64,000 nt of DNA from a bacterium. GTDB lineage: Bacteria > Babelota > Babeliae > Babelales > RVW-14. Within the stretch, counting starts at the first letter, position 1, and every line of letters starts with the position of its first letter. The position numbers and the translations under genes are program-made. Shown here in pieces: positions 1 through 8,789 of this stretch. The notes beneath the pieces were generated by a model, which was not told the origin of the DNA, made no database searches, and saw nothing but the letters and a program-made list of their open reading frames with translations. The DNA is taken from assembly GCA_043822925.1 (NCBI GenBank), contig JBDRBF010000008.1, positions 14,302 through 78,301 on the forward strand. Direction: 5' to 3'.

Positions 1-962
1 AATTTTACCGCAAACGAATCACTATCTTTATTACGTCCGCGTTGTGGCCGCGTGCCATTATCAAGTAAGTGTCTATAAACTGGCGCAGCAGTATCAATAA
101 TGCTCGCATTTAGTTCATGCCATTTCATATAGTACAAATCAAACGTCAAATCTTTATATAATTGCGTACTAAATAAAATGCCAGGAGGCGCAAAGCGAAA
201 ACGCTGAAACCCCGCATCCCCTTCCCATCCAAGATACTCAACAGCCAAGTCGTCATGATATCCCATAGAGATACCGCGACCAGCTATATACTTAAAAAAA
301 CCAAGCTGAACAAATGTAGGCCCACCCGTTAAAAATTTTTTAGTTAACGTATCGATATTTATTTTGAACCAGGCTTGAGATGCGTATAATAACGGTATTA
401 ACGGCTTTACTTTAACATCTTTTGCAATTATCGTATCGAGCTCTGGGGAATTAATAGCTGAAACACTAAAAGGCGCATATACCCCATTATTTTGCCAGTA
501 CACATAATTTGTTAACTGAACAAATCCTTCCATGGCTGGCTTGCCATATTTTTTTGTTCCCTGCTCTATCCCAAGATTTATATCAAGACGATGTCTAAAG
601 TACTCAACTTGATCGTAAAAATCATCACGCAACGTGTGTACACGGTCATAATAAAATAAATCTTCCCGAAATTTGCCACCCAAACACATAGTGGCATCAT
701 AACCCTTGAGAAATACGTTACTTTGTATCGTAACATTATTGCCCTGAACTCTTACTATGCCTGTTTGAGCTTTTTCTTTTTTATACTCAGATTCTTGAGC
801 TTCAGCTGCTTGATCTATTTCGTCAGGTTCTTGGCTTAAATCTTCAGACTCTTGAATCTCGTCTGTATCTTCTTGCTGGTCAATCTCAGAATCAGTCTGC
901 GCATACACGCAAGCACTCGATAATACAAATATCAAAAAAAGTTTTTTTAACACGCTCTTCAT
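1..962 (-). CDS. exported protein with acidic N-terminal block, possible outer-membrane barrel; 3' end runs off the window (absent from ORF track)
   Basis: My own minus-strand translation from the ATG (complement of 960-962) stays open to base 1, about 320 codons. AAGGGG Shine-Dalgarno lies 5-6 nt upstream. Signal-like MKSVLKKLFLIFVLSSACVYAQ is followed by the acidic block TDSEIDQQEDTDEIQESEDLSQEPDEIDQAAEAQESE. Then come aromatic/Gly-rich segments such as FFKYIAGRGISMGYHDDLAVEYLGWEGDAGFQRFRF. Confidence 0.6.
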   Translation of the reverse strand, partial: MKSVLKKLFLIFVLSSACVYAQTDSEIDQQEDTDEIQESEDLSQEPDEIDQAAEAQESEYKKEKAQTGIVRVQGNNVTIQSNVFLKGYDATMCLGGKFREDLFYYDRVHTLRDDFYDQVEYFRHRLDINLGIEQGTKKYGKPAMEGFVQLTNYVYWQNNGVYAPFSVSAINSPELDTIIAKDVKVKPLIPLLYASQAWFKINIDTLTKKFLTGGPTFVQLGFFKYIAGRGISMGYHDDLAVEYLGWEGDAGFQRFRFAPPGILFSTQLYKDLTFDLYYMKWHELNASIIDTAAPVYRHLLDNGTRPQRGRNKDSDSFAVK

Positions 963-1007
963 TGTACCCCTTATGCGTTTATAAGATGAGCTCAAATATC
1001 AAATAAT

Positions 1008-2789
1008 TTATTCTAAAGACGCGCCCTGAGGTTCAAAAATCATAGGCTGCACTGAAACTTCTGGCACCTCTGGTGATACTAAATCTTCTTGAATATCAGA
1101 TTGCTCAGAAACAACAGGCTCAAGAACTTCTTGCGTAATAACAGGCTCAGTAACTTTCGATAATTTCTTATCTACTTTTACGCGTTGCTCAGGCGTTAAA
1201 ATTTGTTTATAAATCTTCTGCCACTGCTCTGCTGTCAATATTTTTTCTATCACATATTGCTGAATAAGAGCTCGTGAAATATCGGGAAGTTTTTTTTCTG
1301 ATATTTTTTGCTCAGGCAATTTTTCTGTTTTAGATTCAAGATCTTGAGCAGGAACTTCTTGAGCAGGAACTTCTGGCACGACAGGTTCTGGCACGACAGG
1401 TTCTGGCACAACAGGTTCTGGCACAACAAGCTCTTGAACAGGAGCTACCGGCTCTTTACGCACCTGTTCTCGCTGCGCCTCTTGCGCTATTTTTAAATCT
1501 TTTTCACTTGGCTTGGCCTGATTACGTGCAAGTACTTTTTTAGTTTGCGTATTAATACCAGACAATAAATAATAACTAATTGTTTTAAAAGCATCTTGCG
1601 TACGAATATCACGCCTATGCAATGTAAGCGTCCAGCGATCAATATCAGAAGCTACAGAAAGTGTAACAAACGCATCATAATAAAATTCAAGTGCTTTTTG
1701 GAACACATACGTAGGACAAGATAAAATGTTCCAGGCAACAGAATCCAAATCAGGAGCTAAATATCGCAAGCCTTCCATTTTCTGGAACGAGACACGTTTT
1801 TTCTCTCCCCGAATAATTGCCCGGATCCGTACCGGACTTTGCACATCTTCGCTATCAACAACTTCTGGAATAATATATGAAGAAAAGGCTTCGCCTTTTG
1901 CCATCAAAAATTTTGCAAAATTATGTTCACGCAACATAATACTTTGCCTACGCCCGAGATGAGATATTCTCACAAAATCTGTTTCAGATCCAGGCACAGA
2001 AAGATACAGAGCCAATGGGAGTGTATTAAAAAATTTATTAACCTCTTTTTCCAACGGGAGTGTTTGCTCAGACAGATCAACAGCACGAATTTGCAATTCA
2101 CGCTTGAGCGTATGTTCTTGCCAATAATTTTTAGATTCATGATTACCGCGCAAGTAAATAAATTTGTCTTTATTTGCTTCCAGCAGTCTCATAGCAATAG
2201 CCATTGTTTCCATAGAGTAACAAGAACGGCTCACAACGTTACCCATAAAAACAATATAATAATCAGGCTTTATAATTTTTAACGTATCATCGATAATCCC
2301 CAGATTTTTTAATTCACCCAGATCACGCACGAGTGAATGGAACGCTGAGTACAAATTACCAAAAACAACTAGCTTACTATTTTCTGTCGTTATAATTTTT
2401 GTAATCACATCGCCTGAAATTTTATCACGCTCGTTGCCGAGATTAATAACAAGCGTCTTAAAAAAACTCGGCGAAAACGCTGGTTCTTTAACCAGAGAGA
2501 TAAGTGACAATAACTTGTAAAATTTATCTTTAATTTTAGAAAAAAACGTTGGAACATATTGTTGATAAAACGTATCAAACACAGGACGCAACGTATTATC
2601 AGTATCAATCTTCACCGTCTCTAGTTTTTGCTGAGCATACGCCTGAATTTCAGGCAAGGTCCTAAAACCAGTTTTATATACAGGACTTGGAGCTAACAAA
2701 AGATATACAAAAAAAACACCTATAACGATACCGGCACCAAGCCACACATTTTTGAAAGTATACGTAATAGCTGTCTTTTTTGCTCTCAT
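1008..2789 (-). CDS. membrane-anchored PPP-family (PP1/PP2A-like) metallophosphoesterase homologue with substituted metal-binding motifs and a Pro-rich C-terminal repeat region
   Basis: The ORF-track frame starts at a GTG (2804), but the ATG at 2789 is preceded by AAAGAGGT, so I prefer 2789 (MRAKKTAITY...). One N-terminal TM helix (WLGAGIVIGVFFVYLLLA). PPP motifs: VVFGNLYSAFHSL (GDxHG position), FMGNVVSRSCYSMET (GDxVDRG position), intact LRGNHES, and ISHLG. C-terminal VPEPV x4 and VPAQE x2 repeats. Confidence 0.75.
   Translation of the reverse strand: MRAKKTAITYTFKNVWLGAGIVIGVFFVYLLLAPSPVYKTGFRTLPEIQAYAQQKLETVKIDTDNTLRPVFDTFYQQYVPTFFSKIKDKFYKLLSLISLVKEPAFSPSFFKTLVINLGNERDKISGDVITKIITTENSKLVVFGNLYSAFHSLVRDLGELKNLGIIDDTLKIIKPDYYIVFMGNVVSRSCYSMETMAIAMRLLEANKDKFIYLRGNHESKNYWQEHTLKRELQIRAVDLSEQTLPLEKEVNKFFNTLPLALYLSVPGSETDFVRISHLGRRQSIMLREHNFAKFLMAKGEAFSSYIIPEVVDSEDVQSPVRIRAIIRGEKKRVSFQKMEGLRYLAPDLDSVAWNILSCPTYVFQKALEFYYDAFVTLSVASDIDRWTLTLHRRDIRTQDAFKTISYYLLSGINTQTKKVLARNQAKPSEKDLKIAQEAQREQVRKEPVAPVQELVVPEPVVPEPVVPEPVVPEVPAQEVPAQDLESKTEKLPEQKISEKKLPDISRALIQQYVIEKILTAEQWQKIYKQILTPEQRVKVDKKLSKVTEPVITQEVLEPVVSEQSDIQEDLVSPEVPEVSVQPMIFEPQGASLE
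1343..1430 (-). repeat. in-frame 15-nt tandem repeats (2 x cttgagcaggaactt, then about 4 x ctggcacgacaggtt) encoding VPAQE / PEPVV units
   Basis: Read directly from the sequence; the unit length is a multiple of 3 and lies inside the 1008..2789 CDS. Confidence 0.9.
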
Positions 2790-2821
2790 TACCTCTTTCC
2801 CCACAAAAAAATAATTTTTTT

Positions 2822-2870
2822 ATAATCTGGCAAACAAGCTATTACCCGCTTGCCAGATTATTTTTTTTTT
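2822..2870. terminator. perfect 12-bp stem-loop (ataatctggcaa / ttgccagattat, 16-nt loop) flanked by an A-run and T10
   Basis: Arms at 2822-2833 and 2850-2861 are exact reverse complements. The T10 run (2861-2870) follows the stem only in the plus orientation. On the minus strand the stem sits directly after the stop of the 612-aa gene but is followed by A7 and then T-rich sequence. Confidence 0.45.
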
Positions 2871-4707
2871 AGAACGAATAATTCATGTTAATATGTGCAC
2901 CAAGGGTCTTAGACATATTGCGACCAGCAAAAACATAGTCTATTCCAGCTCGCAAACGTGAAGATTTATCATATTGATAACTATATTCTGCCCCAATTTT
3001 GTGAGCTACGGCCTGTGAACAAAGTCTATATGGATCAATATTCCATTCTTCGGTTTTAAAACCTGAAAACGTATCATGAGCTTTAACATATAAATCATAA
3101 AAGACGTCTAAGAATGCACGGCGATAAACAAATTTTTCAATCATGTTACCCATACGCGCATTAAATTCTATGCCCTTGCGCATATTAACTGACAATATAT
3201 TGTCGCCAATTTCTTTAAATGGTGCTTCTTCTGCGTCACCCAGTTCGACACCACGTTTTTGAGTTACACGATCACCAAACGTAACGCCTAATAGCTCGCT
3301 TCCAGCATTAACCTCTAATGTCATCTTTTTAGGCACACGTCTATTTACATGCGCATCAGCAAACCCCGTAGCCTGGACAAACATATGTGGATTAAGATAC
3401 TTACTCTTATGCAAACAAATGCCACTAAATAAAGCAATACCCAAGAAACCACCATTGCCAAGTTCAGGAGCCCATAATTTATCACTTGCTCGTTTAGATG
3501 CTGATGGAATTATAATTTTTGCACCAGCAATCATGCTTTCAAAACGAGAAGATTCAAAATTAATATGGGAATATAACTCAACATCACCAAAGCCACTACT
3601 GCTACCACCAAATTCGTTCATGCCTTTGGCTCTGAAAACATCTTTAACAAAATTCTCAAAAGAACCATATTGCAATATCATCTGCATAAAACCATCGCTC
3701 TTGCGCTCATCAATGGTTAATGCAGGTTCTTCAGTACTTATCGTATGTTTTTGATATACAAACGGTATCCGTACACCACAAACAATATTGCGTTTCCATA
3801 AATAACGCGATAAATCAAAATTTATGATGCAATCTTCTGCCTGACCCAAGAAATTAACCTTTTTATAGGCCAAATCTGTTAAATAATTAAAATCTAAACC
3901 ATTTTTAGGCTCAAATTTACCCTCTTTAATCAATTTACTTACAAGCAATAAATCTTTTAATAAAATCGTATTTTCACCAAACGCAAGTCTCGTTAAATCA
4001 CCACTGCCGCCACTATTGCCGTACGCATCAGTTGCATATTTATATTCAAAGCCGACATTAAGCAAATGCTTGAACGGCACATATGTCGCCGGTGTATCCC
4101 ACGCTGGTTGTTTATACAAATCAGAATACATACCTGATTCATAATCATGTGCTACTTCTGCACTGTGCGATTCGGTCCAGCGTGTCACAAGTTTTTCGTT
4201 TTCATGGCGCATTACCAATGTTTGTTTTCTCTTGGCTGCTTCTTTCTTTTTGGCCATCTTTAAAACCATGTCATATTCATGCCGACGGCTATCTCTACGC
4301 GCCTGTCTGCGCTCTGCTCGCTCCTGCTTGCGAACTTGCTTATTCAAGCGAGCTTGCTCTTTCTTGGATTGACGAGTATTTTTCTTTTCTTGAGCTTCTT
4401 TCTTTTTCTCTTTTTTATCTTTTTTAACTTTTTCTGGTTCTATCTGTTCTATTTGTTCTGGATCAGCTAATACTGATTCTATTTGCTCAGGCTCAACTTG
4501 ATCTGGCGCAGCTTGTTCTTGCGCTTCTTGTTCTATTTGTTCTAATTCAACAATATCTTGCTCCAGCACTTCTTGCTCCAGTTGCTCATACTCTGCCTGA
4601 TCTTGTTCTATTTGTTCTGGTTCATCAAAATCTGGCTCAGCTGAAGCAATAACAGTGCCACTAGCCAGCAGCATAACAAAAATAAATTTTCCAAATAATT
4701 TGTTCAT
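2869..4707 (-). CDS. exported protein: signal peptide, about 90-aa acidic EQ-repeat block, about 70-aa K/R block, then a putative outer-membrane beta-barrel domain
   Basis: 612 aa. Signal-like MNKLFGKFIFVMLLASGTVIASA. EQIEQ/PEQIE repeats are followed by KKDKKEKKKEAQEKK...RRQARRDSRR. The C-terminal roughly 420 aa have alternating aromatic/Gly segments and end ...GAHINMNYSF (terminal Phe, as in many OM barrels). AGGGAGAAAG RBS lies in the 18-nt gap after the upstream gene. Confidence 0.6.
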   Translation of the reverse strand: MNKLFGKFIFVMLLASGTVIASAEPDFDEPEQIEQDQAEYEQLEQEVLEQDIVELEQIEQEAQEQAAPDQVEPEQIESVLADPEQIEQIEPEKVKKDKKEKKKEAQEKKNTRQSKKEQARLNKQVRKQERAERRQARRDSRRHEYDMVLKMAKKKEAAKRKQTLVMRHENEKLVTRWTESHSAEVAHDYESGMYSDLYKQPAWDTPATYVPFKHLLNVGFEYKYATDAYGNSGGSGDLTRLAFGENTILLKDLLLVSKLIKEGKFEPKNGLDFNYLTDLAYKKVNFLGQAEDCIINFDLSRYLWKRNIVCGVRIPFVYQKHTISTEEPALTIDERKSDGFMQMILQYGSFENFVKDVFRAKGMNEFGGSSSGFGDVELYSHINFESSRFESMIAGAKIIIPSASKRASDKLWAPELGNGGFLGIALFSGICLHKSKYLNPHMFVQATGFADAHVNRRVPKKMTLEVNAGSELLGVTFGDRVTQKRGVELGDAEEAPFKEIGDNILSVNMRKGIEFNARMGNMIEKFVYRRAFLDVFYDLYVKAHDTFSGFKTEEWNIDPYRLCSQAVAHKIGAEYSYQYDKSSRLRAGIDYVFAGRNMSKTLGAHINMNYSF

Positions 4708-4725
4708 ACCAAACTTTCTCCCTTT

Positions 4726-7700
4726 TTAAGATATCGTACCATCTTGATTAATAGTAAAATGTGATCCATTTTTTCTGTGTGCATCAATAACAATCTTCTG
4801 TGCCCCTGTCGCGCTCACAATAACTCTATCTTGTTCAATAACATCTGTCGCAAGCAGATCAACAATCACTCCCTTAACTGTTCGTATTTTACGAGACACA
4901 GAACCGGGAAGAGTATATTCAATAGAGCCATTGGTCAAATTGCTATTTATGTTAATAAAATATTTCGCAATATCAAGAGCATAAACAGACGAAGAAGATG
5001 TAAACGGTATTGATTTATTTTGAATCTGAGCAGCCTCAATACCTTGATAATATCCTGAAACATCTTGGCTTACTGGGCGGGATACAAATTCAAATGTTGC
5101 ACCAGATTCTGCTTCTATAACAGGACCCTGAAAAGATGTTTTTACTTCTGTCTTTAAACGAGCTGAATGAACTTCGTTAATACCCCAAGATATTTTTCCG
5201 TTTTTACCAACAATAAGCTTTGATCCCGTTTTAAATATCGCCGACTCGATATACCCACGTGTTAACTGATCACCCAAAGATCTAAGAACTGGAAGCTCAC
5301 TCTTATCGTTAACAGAAAATTCACCATCAAGCACTTGTAATGTTGATCCTGATTCAAACGTAAAATTACCAGTACCAAGACCAGTTGTAACACTACTTCC
5401 AGAACCGATACGCCATATTGCACCAGCTTGAAGAAACACAATAATATCATCACTATCGCATGGCCATAAGTGTAAACCGCCACTTGCTGGCTCAATATTA
5501 CCAGCACATACAAGTTGGCCTACTCCCGTAATAAACGCTTTTCCAGTATCAAGCACACGCAACTGAACATCCGGACCGATATCAAAACTTGCCCGATCAG
5601 TAATTGTAAACATCTTACGACCCTGGACAACGCCATCTTCTACTTTATTACCCTTCATATTAATTACAGCACCATCAGCAAATTCAATAATTCCTGTACC
5701 TCTAAATCTAATAACCGCATTTGCTTCTAAATCAAGTTGCGTTGCACTGGCAAACCGAAACACAGGTGTATCAGCAACGCCAGATTTTACGAATTCAACA
5801 ATTAATTCTGCCCCTGGCGCAACTCTAAAGTTATCGTTCACCTCAAAAAGCCGCGATACTTTAAGCGTAATTACTTTACGATCTGCTTTATCAATATTTA
5901 TGTATTGATTTGGCGCCAAACGTACATCTTGAGTAAACGCTTGCTCCAATACGGCTCCATTTTTAAGTGTAAGATTAAACGCAGAACCACCAATAACGCT
6001 TTCGCCCAATGCATCGATAGTATATTCGTTCATAAAGTTGGTTGCTTTTGCTCCATCAAGTTCTATGTTGCCCTTGACATACTTATCGAACCGAACATCT
6101 TTACGATACGTCGTATCAAAAGCGGCAGGAAGAACCAAAGCTCTCGATGCGAGAACAAAAGCTTCATCAAGACCATTTAAATCTATATCTCGTTGATTCA
6201 AATCTACTTTATCTAGATCTTCTAGATCTTCTAGATCTTCTAGCAAAACAGGAAGCCCTCGCAACATTTTATGTTTTTTATTTTTACTTATTTTTTGTAC
6301 CAGTTTTTTATCAGTTTTTTGTATTTGCTTTTGTTCTGACTTTGTGTTTTTTATTGGGTTTATCTTAATTTTATATTTGTTAAGCTTGGCAAGTTCCTGC
6401 GCTTGTTTAACGACTTTTTTTGCATAAGCTGTAACTGCAAATTTCTCATTTTTTTTACTTCGTCTCATTCTTATAAATGATGGATCTAGACCCTGCCCAG
6501 TTATTTTTTCAGCACTTAACCTAAACTGAGCAGACTGTTGTTTTATTGGATAATCAAGAACTTCAAACTCTTGAACATCCAAGAAAGAATTTTTATCTAC
6601 AATAAATGCATTTGCATTTGTATTACGTATTGAAATTGATGGGTCAGGAAAAATTAACCCAGCCGTACTCAACCTTTCCAAGCCTAAAGTTCCAGTGTCT
6701 GACGTCAAATAAATACCTGTATCTCCATCAAAGATTATTAATGGATTACCAGCTTTAACACCAGCACGATCACCAACAGTAACGACATCATATGATATAG
6801 GATCAATAAGAGAAAAACGCATTATTAATTGATTCGTTGCCGCATTACCAAAAAAAGAAATCGCCCCAGAAAGAGTAATCGCGTCATTCAAAAATATTAA
6901 TTCATTATTAATGCCCTCTATATCAAAATTTATACTCGTATCTTGAGAAACTGGAACAGTGGCATTTCCACCGATCAAAAGAGAAGCTGAATCATCATGC
7001 GTAATAAATTCTAACCCATCAAACTCAACATTTTGCAATACAAGCGTTCCACCACCCAAGTCCATTAACTTACTTACGCCATCAGCTGGACTCAAAACCA
7101 TCTTCTGTTTACCGCTCAAGCCACATACAGTAAAAATATTGTCAGTTCCAGCAATCACCAATTTCCCATTTGTCAGCGTAAGTTCCTGACTTAATTCAAA
7201 AGTAACATCTTGACCAATCTGAATCTGTGATCCTTTCCCCATACTAAAAGTATTTGCATTTATTCTAGAAAACGTAATATTTTCCAAAAGAACAGAATCA
7301 CCTGGAGAAACAATAAATTGTGGTTCGGGCTGATCTGCAAAAGTAACAACCGTGCCTCCACCATCAATCGTAATATTATTCTCAATAGTTATCGTCTGAC
7401 CGGGAGCAATATCAGCATTTGAAGTTAACTGTGTGTTTGCAACCAAAGGCTGATCAACCAACGCACCAGAAGATGAATTTCCGCCTGATGATTTATCCCC
7501 GACTTCTTTGATTATTCCATCAGGCCCAATTGCTAAAAAACCTGCTGCTTCATTTGCCAAAACATTCGCATTACTTAAAACATGTCCAACAAATAACGGA
7601 TTCGGCGCTTTTATTTGTCCGGCGCCCCTATAAACATCAAGCCATAAACGATCATTAACCGAGAGCAAACTTGTACCAGCAAACGTCCAATTATTATCTT

Positions 7701-8637
7701 TTAATAAAATAGTCGTGCACCCGTCAATAATATAATTACCAACAAGAGTCGTTACATTACCATCTAGATCCAACGTAACGTTATTTAAATATATTTTGCC
7801 GCCAGCTGTATCAAAAATAATTTTGCCTTTGCTAACAGCATCTGCAAGACCCTTAATATACACGTCGTTAAGATATAACGCTCCTGTTGCGCCACTAACA
7901 GTAATTGACCCGCCATCAGACAAATCAAGAATAGCTCCGCGACCGTTAATGACACTCTTGCCATTAAATGTCCATGCACCAGTTAGAGCTATATTCCCAT
8001 TAAGCACAACATCTGTTGCCCCAACAAACGTTACATCTGTATCCCAAGAGTTAGAGCTCGCATAGTAACCGCCCAAAGATAACTGTTGCTGATTAAGATC
8101 AATAATTCCAGGACCTTTAATTTGAACATCGTCAGATAAATTAAGATTATCGCTTAACGTCAAAGTGCCACTATTTAAATTAATATCTTTATTTAACGCA
8201 CTTTGTATGCCAAGCGTTAATGCTGTTGACGAATTTGCAAGATTAAGAGCACTTGAAAAAGTTGGCTGACCTTCAATTTTGTTTCCAGTCCCACTGATAT
8301 AAACCTGCTTAGCTAATGTGCCAGGCTCAAAACGCAAATAACCTGAACCATTAAGCGTTACCGTATCATCGCCTGTTGGATCATACTGAGCGGTCATGAG
8401 CGCCTGTGATCCAGCACTTTCAAGAACCCCCTCATTAAATTCAAACGTATTTCCCGTTATAGCGCCAGAACCTGACTGAACCAATGTCCCATCAAAACTT
8501 AACCCTGGGCAAGCTATATTAAAAGTTCCAGAAGAAACTTTAATAGCCGAATTTCTATTTCCAAAATTGATATCAGAAAAAAGATCTGTCACAAGGGGTA
8601 CTAATAAAAAGACTAATACACGTAAAAGTTTCTTCAT
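4726..8637 (-). CDS. giant exported protein (1303 aa), Gly/Asn/Thr-rich beta-helix-like N-terminal half, K-rich linker, conserved C-terminal half; paralogue of 8790..12590
   Basis: Signal-like MKKLLRVLVFLLVPLVT. Long uninterrupted ORF with a GGGAGAG RBS. Full-length similarity by eye to the upstream gene, e.g. SISIRNTNANAFIVDKNSFLDVQEFEVLDYPIKQQS against SISIRNANSNAFITDANSFLQVQELEVLDYPIKQQS. No C-terminal aromatic residue. Confidence 0.8.
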   Translation of the reverse strand: MKKLLRVLVFLLVPLVTDLFSDINFGNRNSAIKVSSGTFNIACPGLSFDGTLVQSGSGAITGNTFEFNEGVLESAGSQALMTAQYDPTGDDTVTLNGSGYLRFEPGTLAKQVYISGTGNKIEGQPTFSSALNLANSSTALTLGIQSALNKDINLNSGTLTLSDNLNLSDDVQIKGPGIIDLNQQQLSLGGYYASSNSWDTDVTFVGATDVVLNGNIALTGAWTFNGKSVINGRGAILDLSDGGSITVSGATGALYLNDVYIKGLADAVSKGKIIFDTAGGKIYLNNVTLDLDGNVTTLVGNYIIDGCTTILLKDNNWTFAGTSLLSVNDRLWLDVYRGAGQIKAPNPLFVGHVLSNANVLANEAAGFLAIGPDGIIKEVGDKSSGGNSSSGALVDQPLVANTQLTSNADIAPGQTITIENNITIDGGGTVVTFADQPEPQFIVSPGDSVLLENITFSRINANTFSMGKGSQIQIGQDVTFELSQELTLTNGKLVIAGTDNIFTVCGLSGKQKMVLSPADGVSKLMDLGGGTLVLQNVEFDGLEFITHDDSASLLIGGNATVPVSQDTSINFDIEGINNELIFLNDAITLSGAISFFGNAATNQLIMRFSLIDPISYDVVTVGDRAGVKAGNPLIIFDGDTGIYLTSDTGTLGLERLSTAGLIFPDPSISIRNTNANAFIVDKNSFLDVQEFEVLDYPIKQQSAQFRLSAEKITGQGLDPSFIRMRRSKKNEKFAVTAYAKKVVKQAQELAKLNKYKIKINPIKNTKSEQKQIQKTDKKLVQKISKNKKHKMLRGLPVLLEDLEDLEDLDKVDLNQRDIDLNGLDEAFVLASRALVLPAAFDTTYRKDVRFDKYVKGNIELDGAKATNFMNEYTIDALGESVIGGSAFNLTLKNGAVLEQAFTQDVRLAPNQYINIDKADRKVITLKVSRLFEVNDNFRVAPGAELIVEFVKSGVADTPVFRFASATQLDLEANAVIRFRGTGIIEFADGAVINMKGNKVEDGVVQGRKMFTITDRASFDIGPDVQLRVLDTGKAFITGVGQLVCAGNIEPASGGLHLWPCDSDDIIVFLQAGAIWRIGSGSSVTTGLGTGNFTFESGSTLQVLDGEFSVNDKSELPVLRSLGDQLTRGYIESAIFKTGSKLIVGKNGKISWGINEVHSARLKTEVKTSFQGPVIEAESGATFEFVSRPVSQDVSGYYQGIEAAQIQNKSIPFTSSSSVYALDIAKYFININSNLTNGSIEYTLPGSVSRKIRTVKGVIVDLLATDVIEQDRVIVSATGAQKIVIDAHRKNGSHFTINQDGTIS
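6212..6243 (-). repeat. 9-nt in-frame tandem repeat (tctagatct x3.5) encoding LEDLEDLEDLD
   Basis: Read directly; each unit contains overlapping TCTAGA/AGATCT palindromes; lies inside the 1303-aa CDS just after its K-rich linker. Confidence 0.9.
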
Positions 8638-8724
8638 TACTTTTCTCTCCCATAGAACGTATAGATAAACGATCTTTTCTCTCTTTTTTTTGACGCTTGC
8701 TATTAACGCTTAAAGTCAAATTTT

Positions 8725-8752
8725 AGTCTAGTATGCTCATGACTTTTGTCAA
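8725..8752 (-). promoter_or_regulatory. candidate sigma70-type promoter for the 4726..8637 gene
   Basis: On the minus strand: TTGACA (complement of 8747-8752), 16-nt spacer, TAGACT (complement of 8725-8730), about 88 nt upstream of the ATG. Pattern match only. Confidence 0.3.
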
Positions 8753-8789
8753 AAAAGATATTCCTAAACACTTTTTATGTTTTTTATTT

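Noticed and set aside
1343-6243. Tandem repeats considered as possible CRISPR or other non-coding arrays (also 57130-57360 and 61777-61812).
   Set aside because: The units are 9-15 nt, contiguous without spacers, in frame inside long ORFs, and translate to peptide repeats. No cas genes are present.
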